From Obrimoposthia wandeli (Eukaryota), in the NCBI GenBank assembly GCA_977020255.1, contig CDROCS010005173.1, positions 124,001 through 188,000 on the forward strand: a stretch of 64,000 nt of DNA. Direction: 5' to 3'. A program made the translations under genes and the position numbers. Within the stretch, counting starts at the first letter, position 1. Every line of letters starts with the position of its first letter. Positions 1 to 14,400 of the stretch are shown one piece after another. The notes under the pieces are model-generated. The model was not told the origin of the DNA. It saw only the letters and a program-made list of their open reading frames with translations, and did not search any database.

Positions 1-187
1 ATATGATGTAGGGATAATTCCTCTGCAAAATTCCTCAATGTTTATTGCACCGTTACTGTTGCTACCCTCTCTTAATAGATATGCAAGATGAGTGTTTGTT
101 AATCTGGTTCGCTTTTCTAATTTAAAATTTCCCATCAAAGAAAATAACTCGGTACTTCCAGACAGAGATACAAATTTTATTGCAATC

Positions 188-550
188 TTACAAAGTTCTG
201 TATACTTCTTTATTTAAATACTTCATATAAATTGCCAGCAGACTAGTTTCAGGTGTTTTAATTACCTTCCTTTTTTTCCCATAAATTTTTATATAAAAAT
301 TTGGTCGTTTATAAGAGAATACTTTTTTGTTGATAACATGTAGGATCTTTAACTCAATCTTGGTATTGATGGGCAGCCAATGGAACTTCATTAAATGTTC
401 ACTTGTACTCGCACTGTTCTTTAATTTGAATATAATTCTAACGAGTTGGTTAGAAATATTTTGCAAGCGATTTAATTGACAAGCAGGAATTTTAAACTTT
501 AAAGTATTTTGAAAATCAAATCTTGATGTAATGATCGCATATGTAGTCAT
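188..550 (-). mobile_element. Decayed non-LTR retrotransposon (L2/CR1-like) ORF2 C-terminal fragment
   Basis: ORF reads LNRLQNISNQLVRIIF...SEHLMKFHWLPINTKIELKIL. The LQxxQN...R.I...HL..LHWLPI pattern is typical of the post-RT region of L2/CR1-type LINEs. Confidence 0.7.
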
Positions 551-2456
551 CTCTGCGGTAAGGTATTTTCTTATTACATAAAACTTTTCGATGTGACTGT
601 TTCATGTTCTGATCACTTTATTTATTTGACAATTCATTCCAATATAATTATTTTACTTGTTAAATTAATATTCATTTCCTCGTCATTTATGAAACTTTTA
701 TTTTTTTAATACAGTTTATATATACAGTTGATCGGGAAGCTTTGTAATAAAATGAATTAAAATAATGTCATTTAACAAAAGATTTAAGTGAAAATACTAA
801 AAATAAATTTATTTCGAAACATCAAACTTTCGTTTACATTTCACAATGTATATACAATGCCGTGGCTAAGGAGTCACGTGGTGGTCATTAGGCTTATGTG
901 AATTTTGTGGTAACTGCTTACCAACAAAATTCGTATGCAGAACCTACAGCAGCATATTTCACTAGCTTTGTTTATCTGACATTTTACGTTCTTTGTGAAT
1001 CTTCTCATTACTTTTTAGAAACGTTTTTGGAGTCCAGTGACCTTTTAAGGAAACGTTTAGGATGCTTAGAAACAGAAGTATAATAAGAGGTTTTAAAAAA
1101 CGTTTCTAAGCGAGATTTTTAAAAAGCAGTCAACCCTCGATATCATGTGCCTCCCGTTATAGGGCCATGATTTTTGATGTTAAAGTCCCGCTTCAGAATA
1201 TGTTTTAAAAATACACATGAAAATTGTTTTATGTAACAATATTTTTAATCACAATTTTTTAAGTTCTAAAATATTTGTTAAGTTTTTAAGTTTTAATAAA
1301 AACAATTTAAATTAACCTTTTTATACCGAATTCAATGAATAAAAGAACATATTCGAGTTTAGCAAGGAAGAGGGAGATAATTGAATATTAAGAGAAAGAT
1401 TCAACTTATTGCAGATTTTTTTTAATTAAATGTGCAGTTTGACTATAAGTCGTTGTGTTATAAGCAACATTATAACCCATAAAAATAAAATATTTAAGGT
1501 TACTATTATCTGTTTTAGTCAAGTATTAAAGTTCAAAAGTGCCCAATATTCGATATTTGAAGAAGATTTAAATATTTGGATGGCAGCTGAAGAAAATACA
1601 AATCAATTTGTTAATAAACAAACAATGGCAATGGAATCAAATGTACTTGTTAATGAATTGGAAATTAATCATTTCAAGGTGACAAATGGCAGGTTGTACG
1701 GTTTCAAGACTCGATAAGGATTATCTTATAAAATAACCTCTGGTGAAATGGCATTTTGTAAACTTTTAAATGATAAAGAACGAGTAAACAGTTTACAGAA
1801 TTTAGTTTTAACCTATAAGTTAGAAGATCTTTACAATAGGGTTGACCTTTGATTTTGAAATTCATTTTAAAGAGCCTGTACATTCTAAAACGTTGTGATG
1901 TTAGTTTTGTGTAGCACAATTGCATATGTTGAACATTTTAAACGGGCCATGTACCAATTAAACGAGGACAATTTGTCAAAATGTTTCACTTTTAGCTTAA
2001 GTTTTTAGCAGTTTGTGGTCGATCACTTAGCGGTGTCTGATCCCAACAAAGATAACAAAGAACTCACCTAACGTGTGAGGGTGTCATGTAGCGGACAATA
2101 TTTGCTCTCCAGCGATACTCACGCCAGTTATTGTACGGTTTTGGCATGTGAGGTCAATAAATGTGAGCCATTTAAGAGTGCAGTCAGCTGTAGACAAATC
2201 GGATACCCCCTAGCCGAGGAACTGAACCGGGTCGACCAACAATTTACTAAGATTTCAAATTTCAAATAAACACAAAGCAGGGCAGTTTTGTCTTCCTGTC
2301 TCCACAGCTCTCTCGTGTCGAAGAGAGGAGTACAACCGAACGTTTTTACACCTTTTATAAGCTCAATTTTAATTACAGTATTGACAAAAGTAGAAGAGAC
2401 AATTATTTCTCTTGAACCTTTCAAACTTTTGACTTTTCCCGTAATTTGGTGTGCAG

Positions 2457-5400
2457 ACAACGAGAAACGACGCTCGGAGATTACAGCTCTCAAAGATCGC
2501 ATCAGAGACCTGAAGATTCAGCTGATCTCTGAGAAGAACAAGCTGCAGTGTGATGTGAGTCAGTTCCTGCTAAATTTAGTCTAGCGTAGTCCACTTATTG
2601 CAGTGAGTAGTGTTTTTATGACAAATTGTGCACTGAGATCGTGACTAAAATCTTCTTCTGAAGCTCGAAGTGGCTACTGGAAAGGCTCTGAAGAGGTCTG
2701 CATCCAACGTGAGTAATGATCCTGTCCTGTGATCACGTCCTGTGTGCTGCCTTAACCATATAATTCGATGTGGTAGGTTGCGATGCTTGCTATCCAGTCC
2801 CCCAGCTGCGATTAGGTAGCCCCTTATGCTGGCGTACATCCAAACATTATGTTGTTCAAGTTCCCTTTAATCTGATTCCCTGGACGTCCATCCCTATTTA
2901 CAAATGTAGTTGTAGAAGTTGTTTAGTTGTCTCTGATTGATTATTAAGAGAATGCAACATGTGATACAAATGAAAAACTCCCAGTCTACATTTTGGTGAG
3001 AATTAAATTTCAAATTAGTCGATTTAAACAATATCCAATCAAACTCTTAACATCACTTTATTAGCTGTCTTCTTTGATCCTGAAGATTTATTTCACCTGG
3101 AGAAATAGCCGGTCAAACTGAATTCCATAACAAATAAGAGAATAAAATTAACGATAAACACACACTTATTAAAACTTACCATTCAAGATAAACGAATACC
3201 CTAACAAAAACATTATATCAACAAAGAAAAGGTGTACGTGTTATATTAAGTTTCGGACGAATATTTGGACACGGGGAGTTGTTTTAAGCAATATATTTCC
3301 AAATTTTTATAAATTTCAATCTTCAAAGGATTTCATAAAACTTCTTTAGACAGATTATCAGTATCGTGTTCGTGCTTCGTTTTTGTTAGTAAACGATCGT
3401 AATTTTGCTGGAAACATCATGCCGAATATAAAATGCAGCATTACATTGTTGTTTACATCTTCGACGACTTTTAACCTTCTTATGTCTTATAATGAAAAAT
3501 GGAAACTGCTTCTTTCTCACTGTTAAAGGTTGAGATTCTAACCCGTACACTTGCTGTCTTCAACGTTTTCTTCTAAATTTTTATTTTTTTAAAAATTCTG
3601 ATATATGAAAAATTTTTATAAGGCTTTCTAAAAATAGATTTTTGACAACCACAAAGACTGGTCAGCTTATCTACAATATAGAACCATGTAAGGGAGTTTT
3701 TATGTAACAAAAATAACAAAGTTTTAAGTAGGTGGATGTGTCCGGTCTAATCCATACGCCCTCCCCCCCTTGTCCTTTAATACCGTGCATGTGTGTGGAG
3801 TGAAATTTCACTCCACACACCTACACGAAATTTCACTCCACACACATGCACGGTTTTAAAGGACAAGGGGGGAGGGGGTGTGGATTAGACAGGACACATC
3901 CACCTACTGTTTTAATATGATATTACTGTAATAATAAAACAAAAAACATGGGAAAAAGTATGAATCAGAAAGCTGAGATAGAAAAATCCCAACCCGTAAC
4001 AACATTTAATTAAATATGTGAGAAAAACAATACTTTTTTCTCACAAAATATTTGTAATAAAAATTTGAGATAGTCAAAGATGATGTCTACCATAATGCAT
4101 TTACCCACCAAATGTCTGCTGAATATGACTTAAGGGATAGTTTTCCAATAAAATTAATGATCGTAATATTTTTGATCAATATTCCCCTAGATGTTTGGGA
4201 CTCCAAAAATATTTCCTCTTTTTTATCAACAATCAGCGACTATTATCTTACATTTCTACATATATATAGCTCTTAAAAAACCCAACGGTCAGGTGGATAT
4301 CCTATTGGGATGACACCATGCAACATTATAAAACATACAAAAATTATTCCGATTTTAACTGGAAATAATGGGAAATGTGAGCCTGATGTTCAACTCAACA
4401 TGAAAAGAAGACCTTGACTGAAAAAGTAAAATACTCATAAATTCCAATTTCTATACAGGTTGCAGTTTTATTGGTATAATCAGGATGCAAAGAAGGATCC
4501 CTAAAAGATTATTTTCATTTGATGGAAAATTTCCATGTTGTACAGTGTAAGAAACGATTTCTTTAATTATTTAAAATGAGATATTAATTGTCCAGAAATT
4601 TAAAGATTGCTAAATTGCGGTGTAATTATCACAAAATCTTGTTGGTGGACTCTGTCAAAAAGAGTTGATTTCAAGAAAATGTTTTTTTGATCCGATATTT
4701 AGATCTCTCCAATCACTGGACACTCGGAAAGATTTTAAATTTATGCATAAAAATGCCAAGAATGTTGGCATAATGTATGTAAAAATTGCCGATGTTCGAA
4801 TGTTTGGTTTGAATAACCGAGCACCCGAATAAGGTACTAACCGACCAAAAAATAGGAGGGAGTATGAATATTTACTTCAACAATTTCATCATTGTCGCCA
4901 GAGCATCCCAGTTCGAATAGTTATTTGAAAAGTGACACTGTTCAAGAGACCAAACACCTCGTCGAAATTTGTTCGATAGAAAGTATAGAAGGTATGTATG
5001 AAATGCTGTCTCCTGAATTATTATTCGATCCGTATATATTAAAAACCAAATGCTGATATTTACTGTACCCTGAATCGTTAGTTCATAGATTATTATAAAA
5101 ATATTGTGGTAACAAAATGTTAAAATGTATTCAATTTTCTAATCATATTCATGTAATGTAGGGTAGACCCAAACAACATTTATTTGTTGTGCTATTTAAT
5201 GGCTATGTAACTAAAAGAATTGTGGAAATGTATATTGAAACTATACTTTAAAAAGAGATAAACGTGGTGTACGTTGCATCGACATTAAAATTAAATGGTT
5301 TCTCTTTGATCGCAATTCAGAGTCAAACATCGGAATTAACTGAAAGCTTTATAAAAAGTTTACGGCCATCTTGCCTCTCACAGATTTGTGTCGGCCTTGG

Positions 5401-8400
5401 TAAACCTCATCAGAAAATTAGGATTGATTTTACAAAATTGAGACACACCATCTGTTAACTCTCTGACATTGGCTACAGCATTGGTTCTCATTGTTTTTAG
5501 GGTGACACCACCCTAAGATAAAATATGAAAAATTCAAAATAAATAAATAATATTTTATATCCATCAGGGAGGGAGTCGTATAAAAAAACATTATCCATCT
5601 TCAAAACATAAAAATATCGATCCAAAATTTTAAATTTTCATAAAACTTTTTCATAAACCTTTTTTAAATCACAATTCAATAACTTCCATCAATTTCTCCA
5701 TTAACAACCTTTTTTAATCACCATCACTTTCGAGGTCATTATTTCCTCTTTAAAACAAACATCACATCTTTTTACTCTCACCTTCACCACCATTTTTACT
5801 GCCCTACCCATCATGATAAATTTATTAAAATTTTAACTTATTGAACTTATTTGATTATTTTATATGATATTTTAATATTTAATATCCAACTTTTATTTAT
5901 TAGATAATCACATGCTTACTTTTATTATTCAGCATGTGATTATCTACATCTTCATATTTTCTGCACTTTCAGCTTATGTTAGACATAAGTCCGTTCCAAA
6001 ACAACAAGCATTTTTGAAATTAGAAGGATACAAATTATGAAACAATTTTTCTATTTTTTTTAATCCTTTATAATATAAAATACAAATTTAATTATTTTGA
6101 GTTTCTGTATCAATTATTTAGTATTTTTGTTTTGCAAATGAAACTGCTATCTGATTTTCTTTAGAAATAATTTTAATTTGTCAATGTCATCGTTATTTAA
6201 TCAGTCTTTGCTATTTTCCTACATCAAAAGACGAATTGGGATCTACATTTATTTTTTACAACTTTGTATTTCGAATAATACATAAATCCAATGATATGTA
6301 GAAGATTATCTTATTTTCTTTCCCTTTGATATTTACGATATATTTTTCATGAAAAATTTCATTCCAGAACTTCTCGTTGCGGAAGATGATGATCAAAAAG
6401 GAAATGGAGAAGATTTGCCACCAAATATTCAAAGCGGTAATAAGCGAATCTCCCTCATATAACCCACTTAAAATGTGTCACCAATAGAAACCTTTGCGGG
6501 TGGGAGATCAAACCAAATTGTGCATATAAGTGAATAATTTAGTGGGAATTACCTTATTATATTATCTGTCTCTCATTTTCCATGTATCGCAAGGAAATAG
6601 TCAATTTAAGATTTCAATGAAATTGTAACAAAATTAGAAATCACGTGTAAAAATTAAAGAATTCACGAACATTTCTAAATAAGGAAATTTTTTCATATAT
6701 GCAATAAATTACATTTATTCGGAATACTTCTGCGATGAAATATGTTGAAGATAAATGAAGTCACAATGGAACATGAAGTAGAGATTATCGGAAACTATAG
6801 TAGAGTATGATAAAAAAATATTCTGAATCCATTCTCATGGTCAGGACCATCAAATAAATATGTACACATCACAAAATGTTGTTAGACGCACAAAAAATAC
6901 AATCCAACAAAACGTTCCACTGATTTTGTCGTACCGGTAGTTAACCCTGGAGAGTTTTCCTTTTCTTTTTCTCGTTTTCTTAAAACAGCGGGAAATTGAA
7001 AAACTGAATAGGTCCTTGGCTAATTTTGATTGCCGCTTGCAGCAAACCGAGTTGCTGCTGCTATCGCCTAATTTCGTGTTTGTGCTGAGCAACGGCAAAG
7101 AACGTCCTCACCAGTTGCTGGTGTCCTCATTGCGCGACATCGAGACCTGGAAGTGGCATCTCGTCAAGGCTCAGAAGAGCATCACGATGTTGGACTCCGC
7201 GCAATTGTCTGGCGCAGCCATATCCGCAGTGCTCGACAAGTACCGCCGAGTTAGTCGCAGAAACCAGCCTATTTTCCTCTAACTTGCCGCCTCTCCGCAT
7301 GCGAATATTAGTCAGCTATATACTAATGATAATAATAATCAACATATCTATTGATATAAATAGTATGCAAACCATAGATAAACTAATCAAATTTTTAGCA
7401 AAACTAAGATGATGAAGAAATTGTGTTGCTATCGCCAGAACAGTTTTCATGTTCGTTTCAGCTACATGTTCACCACTGCACATCCCTCGTCACCAGTTCT
7501 GCTAACCAAAATTTCAAAATTGTGTTTTATTACTTCCAAAGATGCGAAGAAATTTCTTAATATCATATTTTAACAAAATCCAAAAGTGTAAATAAATCGA
7601 TTTATTTTTGTGATTCTCTAGAAATGTAATTTTAAAATTCACTAGCATTTTTGGGTCCTGAAAATGTGTCCTGATGAAGTTTCTCTTTCAGAATATCGAC
7701 GTCGTTAAAGTCGCGTCTTGGCCGATGACACGTGAGATTTACATTGTATTTTTTATATTTTATTATTTTTGTTTAATAATTTATATTTTCGTCAATTATC
7801 AAAATTAAAAATAAATGCCCTAAATTATATATTTTCACTTTTCTACTTAAATCTGAAGATATTCTTGAAATAATTTTACCGGTTGTTGTTAAGATATTAT
7901 TAAGATTAATTACAATACAATGGAGAATTTCTTGCAAGGGAAAAATTTGTATTAACTAAATCATTGCTAAAAGTCGAAAATAGAGATAAAACTTTTCTAT
8001 CAAATTTTAGACCGAATTCAAATCTCTCATTTCTCTTTCGTGCATCAGGTGTTATTTCTGTTCATTTTAAAGTTTTTCATAATTAAAAACAAGATTTAGT
8101 TATTTTTATAAAGTTTGGTGTATAAAGTACATATGACCTCAATTATTTACAAAGATGGCGTAGACCGTAAATACCAAAGTCTGTATGATTTAACGATTTT
8201 GTGGCTCTCTATCGTCAGACGATGACGGAGTGTCGGGAATTCTCACAGTCCACATCACCAGTATGGCCGGAGCCAACCCCGACTACAGTGAGTCTCCCTC
8301 TTCTATATGCCCGATGAGGCGGTTAGCACGGCGCTTAATCTGTGTGGCATTCCCTCCCAGAATACTACCTGGCTCTAGAGGTCGACTCATTCAAACTCCC

Positions 8401-11400
8401 CGAGCTGAAGGCGCGCACCAAGACACTCTCAAACAGCACCTCGCTCGTCTGGAATGAGGTACTTTATCACTTATTTGACACAATATCTCTCAAGAATCGC
8501 CATTTGTGGAGACACATGTCTGGAGACTCAATATTTATTTTAAAATTAGAATATTTCATTAAAAAATTATATATTAAGTTGTTGCATAATTAAAGTCAGT
8601 TCTCAATGTCAAAATTTAATACATCTTTACACTAGTTTTATGAGTTAAATTTTGTACCTACTTTATTCATTTATTGCACATTTGTTAATTGTTAAAAAAA
8701 GATAAGTAGAATCATTTATTTAGACACAATGTGTGTAGACCTTATATGTGCAGACACAATGTATGTAGACACAATATATGTAGACACAATGTATGTAGAC
8801 ACAATATATGTAGACCTTATGTGTGCAGACACAATGTGTGTAGACACAATGTATGTAGACCTTATGTGTGAAGACACAATGTGTGTAGACACAATGTATG
8901 TAGACACAATATATGTAGACCTTATGTAAGTAGACACAATGTATGTATACCCTATGTGTGCAGGTACAATGTAGACACAGTGTGTGTAAATACATTGTAT
9001 ATTCTACAAGACATATCCACTCTTCTTGTTCAGTCATTCGATATCGAGCTCGACTGCAGTCTCGTGATGGTAATTCACATTTACCAGACCAAGACCTTCA
9101 CAGAGGTCAAAGATTCTCTTGTAGGCTTCTTCGAGATACAGGTCAGATTAATTGGGTTAGAATACAAAAAAATAGTTTGCATAAACCACAATGGCTTTAA
9201 AATTTGCTTATATTATTGACAATTATAAGTAGATTGTTACTGTAAAATATTATCATGTGTAAGTATTTCCAAGGTATTTACATAATTTTCAGGCATGTTT
9301 TATGCCAAAAAAAATCATTGTTTCACTATCTTTAATTATGAAGAGAGAAAAAATTAGCTTAGAAACTTATTGCACTGCAATATTAGAATTAAAAGTTTCT
9401 AACTTTTTTTTTAAATGTTTTAAAGTCAAATTTTAAATTTATCTTTTTCATAATTTCGAAATAATAATTTTTTAATAAAATTGCGTAACAAATAATGACT
9501 TTTTTCCTTCACCAAAATGTCAAATTTCTAGTCTAAATGTGTTAGCTTTTTATGAAAATGTTACAAAACTTATTATCAGGATTTTCAGGATACACAAAAT
9601 AACGATATAACTTATACATGAAACAGTATATTTATCTGACTTTGGCTTATTAATAAAGGTTATCTGGACATTGGCATTTGATAATCTGTATCTACAATAA
9701 TATCTTCAGTATCTACCTTCGATTTTGAAATTTTATAAATGACAGTGATAAATAAGAATAGCGTCATATTTCATGAAATTCAGTCTAAACTTAAAGGAAA
9801 TACTACTACTGATAATTCTAAGTAGTAAATATGTATATTTTACACAAGGTAGCATAGATATTTTTGACAAAACATATTCCCTACAATTATTTGCATTTTT
9901 CAGCTGAAGCCAGAAATCTTAAGAAAACAAGACCAGGAATTCAAGACTCCCATGCTTGGTAATGATAATGTCGAGGTAAGTACATATATACCGCTATATA
10001 TATATACATCGAGTCTCATTATGTACCAAAAATTATTTATCCAAGCCAATAGTAAGATTAGAAAGTTTCTTAAATTTACAAAATTAATAATAAAATAAGA
10101 CGTTTTGAAATTCAAGACTCTTTTTTGCTATTTTTTTAAATCTCTATTTCAGTGCTCGCAAATTTTTTTTATTATGTATTTCAGTTTAAATAAATAACTC
10201 TAAGTTAACAAAAATAGTAAATTATATTTAATAGTGAATGTAACCACCTCTTTTATTTATATAAACAATGAATAAAAGGTCGGACATTTTTGAAAATATT
10301 CTATTACTGTTTTTATGTTAAAATATATTTAACAAAAACCATATTTAAACAAATAAACATAGTTACTAATATTTACTGATGTTTTTACTAAGTAATTACA
10401 AATCTAATCATTTGTCCAGTCAATGTCAAAGTTTCATAGATATTGAATCAATAATTGCGAAGATAAAATCGAACAATTCTATATAGCTATGTATATTACT
10501 ACTTAAATTTTATAATTGTGGTTTTACAGTAAAGATTATAAAAATTATTGTGTAATGAATGTTGCTAAGAAGCCGTTGAATCCAAAAATATCAGTTCCTA
10601 CAATTGTACACGAATTAAGGTTAGTGCGATCTACAATATATAAAAGAATCCAAAATAATGAGAAGCATACTAGTTCCTGTAGAAAACTTATGTTTGATGC
10701 TAAATGTTTAGACACTCAAATCCAAGAATCAATTAAAAAGATCATAAAGACAAAGGGGAGAGTTAGTGCTTCTAAATGTAGCAGATATCTCAGAAAATGT
10801 ATCATTAAGAACGCCACAAAACGTTTTCCGAAAAAAGGGAATTTAAAATTGTCAAAATACGTAGAAATAAAGGTTACAAAACGCCATCAAAAGACAACAT
10901 GAATAATTTTAATTAGATAAGGACTTAAGAAAAGAATTGACTTCAAATTGTAATATATTCAGACGAAATTGGGTGTTTTACGGGATGGACCCGATTATTT
11001 CCTATCATGAAACTTGATGATTTGGAAGATAGCTTCCTGATGTCTAGACTACTTGGCTCCACCTCATACGCCACATTTCACTTAGAGTTTCTCGAATCTC
11101 GTTGCTTAAATATTATTGTAAAAGTTGATGCCTCTCTCGTAAACTCTTCTGATTTCAACCTGACAGAAAATATTTTAGCTATTTTAAAATGTGGTCTTAA
11201 AAATAATTTTTTCATAAAGGCAAAGAATCATTAAAAATAGAAATATTGAATATACTTGTATCATTCGATTTTACGTTTACATGAAATTGATAAGATTGAA
11301 ATCGTTCGGTAGCTTCAAGATACTTACGTCGATGAAACTTCTTCAAAAGTGACTGTTAGCGATTGAATTTGTCACCTGGCCGAACAAATATATATGAAAC

Positions 11401-14400
11401 CACAGGGTTGGAAGACCGTCAGAAATTGGTGAAGATAGATTTGAAAAGTTAAGAAAACAAATAGACAATGTTAAAACAGAGGGTATCAGAGAATTTTGTA
11501 TGGGGTTCGTTCCACACTTCTCAACAAATGAAATGAAGATTAGGCGCCTTTGAGCTTATACATCCCTTACTATATACAAACACCCAAAGAAATGATTTTC
11601 CCCGAAGAAACACCATCATTGGGAACGAGAATTTTATATGAGAAAAGGTTAAAAATTTGGTTTACCGCCGGATTGAGGAAGTCTGGTTGGAAATTAGGTT
11701 GAAGATTAAAATCTATTCAATATTTTCCTAATCTAAAATATGTTTCTACAAAAGGGAAAGTTAAGTGTAATTCGGCCACTTTCCATTTTCAAAAATTTTA
11801 GATCCCCACTTCCAATCGATCCCCACTTAATTCACCGATATCGCGTAGTTCACCCTCCGAGTCGACTTCTCACTGGTCTCTAAACGCGATGTCCTGAAAC
11901 GAGAACCCTCAATCAAGAAGACTGGACTATTCGGTATCCCCCTACGATCGATCGTTGCGTAAGTTCACAATTTCTTTCTCACACCAACCCAACATCTAAC
12001 CAAATCCAAAACCCTTAAAATATCACGAAAATCTGCATTTGAAGAGAAAAAGGCTTTAATGAAAATTAACAGCTTTTAAATTAAACATTGTCATATTTAC
12101 AAAATACTTACACACAAAAGATTTAGGGAAGAATTTTAATTTTACAGAAACATTATTAGAGATATAAATAAATATATTTGTTATATTTATCCATTATTTT
12201 ATTCTTTAACTATTATGTTTCTTAAAAGTTTCAAAAATTTTACTTTTGATGTTTAGTAAAGTTGAAAATAAATATCAATTGTTTATATTAAATTTAAATG
12301 AAGTTTCTTTGGGTATTTTGAACTTCAACAAAAAGAAAAATATATAAGTGCATTATTAGAAGTAAATTTTTCTCTGATCAAGTTGTTTTATGATAAATAA
12401 GGGAACTTTGAAATATTGTAGATTTCCACACTCTATTACTTCCCCTGTTAGCAGAAAAACACGTTTGGAGGTGGAAATTTGTCGATTACTGTCTCCATGG
12501 CTGACTGCTGTGATGCTACCTCTTCAAGCACTCCATCAGAACCTTCCTTGACTTCATCAGATAGATGTTTGTGTAATGCGGTCCAAATGAAAGGACAGAA
12601 ATTATACAACACTTGAATCGGCGTGTGTTAAAAACCAATGTTAAGTTGTCCAAGAAAAATGTATGGATTACATATTCCCTAAATACCCTTACGAAAAGCT
12701 CAAAACTCAAGAAGCGGCAACTTTACGAAAAAGTGACAAACGGTACTAGAGGGAATATAGGCTGCTGTGCCTCGTGTCCTCTCATCTGATGTGTGCTTTT
12801 GTGCAGGCGGGAGAACGCATCGATCGCAGTACAATGCCCGGTGAAGAATGTGCCAATGATGCTGGTACACTGCATGCAGCGGGTAGAAGAAGAAGGCATA
12901 GACGAGGAGGGCATCTATCGCATTTCCGGCAGCAAGACCGAGATCAATGAGCTGTATAAGCGCTTCAACAAGAGTAATGCGGTCATACACACACCTCTGC
13001 GGTGCATCTTACTCCTTCTACTGCCGTGACAGATACACTTGTGCTCACTTACATGCTCACTCATCCACTCGTCCAATCTCTCACTCTCTCACTCATTCTC
13101 TCACTCACTCATCCACTCTCATGCACTCGTCCAATCTCATTTTCTCACTCTTTCACTCTCTCACTATCACTCATTCTCTCACTCAGTCGTCCAATCTCAT
13201 TCTCTCTCACTTACTCGCTCATTCTCTCACACTTTCACTCCATATCATTCAATCTAATTCACTCACTCGCCTACTCACTCTCTTTCATTCTCCCTCACAA
13301 TCACTCTCGCTCACTAACTCACTGTCGTTTGCAGATGTTCAGAATTCTATCAACGCCTTGAGCAATTACGACCTCCACGCCATAACTGGGCTCGTGAAGA
13401 CCTACTTGCGGGAGCTGCCGGAACCTCTCATGCTCAACATCAACTACAGAACCCTTCTTGAAATCGCCAGTAAGACATCTTGTATTTGTGGCCTACTTGT
13501 TGATCTTACGTAATTCTCTCACTCAGGGTACCCAGAAGAATCCCGGAGAATCGAGGGTTACATCACCATCATCAGTAGTCTGCCAGAACCGAACCAGTCC
13601 ACCTTCTTGTTCGTATTAGAACACTTCAAAAGGTTCGTCTTATTTTTGTTTTTTCGATGTCCTTTTATTCGTAAATCTCCTTATATATCCCAGGCCATAA
13701 TTCCAGACAAATATTGTCCAGCATTAACGAATTGAGGATGCTCTCTAATATCACACGCGAGGACATTTTTGGCGCTGAATAAAATCTTTGTCAATATGGT
13801 GGACCTTTTACTTATACATTTCTTGGAAATTCAGTGCATTTATGAAGTTTGGTCAGCTTGGAGCTTTCTTCCAAGATTTAAGACTCGTTGGAAATAAAAT
13901 ATTAGGAACCGTTGTTCAACCAATTTCATTCTTCAATTGGGAACTTTTCTGACATGACAATTTTAACAGAATGGAAAATCAAAATTTCCTTTTTTTAACA
14001 ACTCTTTTTTTTTCGCTTGTCATGAGATTTTGAAACTAGATTTCCATAGATTGCTTTTTCCTAAATTTTAGACTTCTTAGCAATATTTAAAAATTGTCGG
14101 GGATTCATTTTACTTTTATAATTTCTTATAAACTTATACAAAAATGTTACAAAATTCAAATATACTCCAAAAGAAATAAGGAAAATAATTTATTAAAACA
14201 GTTGATTGGAAATGGTTCAAAATAGTAATGATGATATATTTTGATATAATGTCTAATTTATACTTTTCAAACTATTAAAATTATCTAAATAAGTTATATA
14301 ATTTTTTTTCATATATGTTATGAAATTTATGGACGTACTTTGTATCATAAATCCCAATTTTTGGTTATTCTTTTTTGGAGTTTTTGAAGAAGAAAACTTG

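Noticed and set aside
1127-1145. CAGTCAACCCTCGATA as a pogo/Tc1-type TIR
   Set aside because: No TA target site and no matching inverted partner found.
2645-2839. Minus-strand ORF as a nested gene
   Set aside because: The GC-rich core is explained by plus-strand exon 2664-2708 of the BCR/ABR-like gene.
8716-9037. Repetitive ORFs (STYIV / VDTMY / CVYIH)
   Set aside because: Products of a 15-bp intronic minisatellite open in several frames.
12947-13513. 188-aa S/L/H-rich ORF
   Set aside because: Read-through of a CT-rich intron into a true RhoGAP exon.
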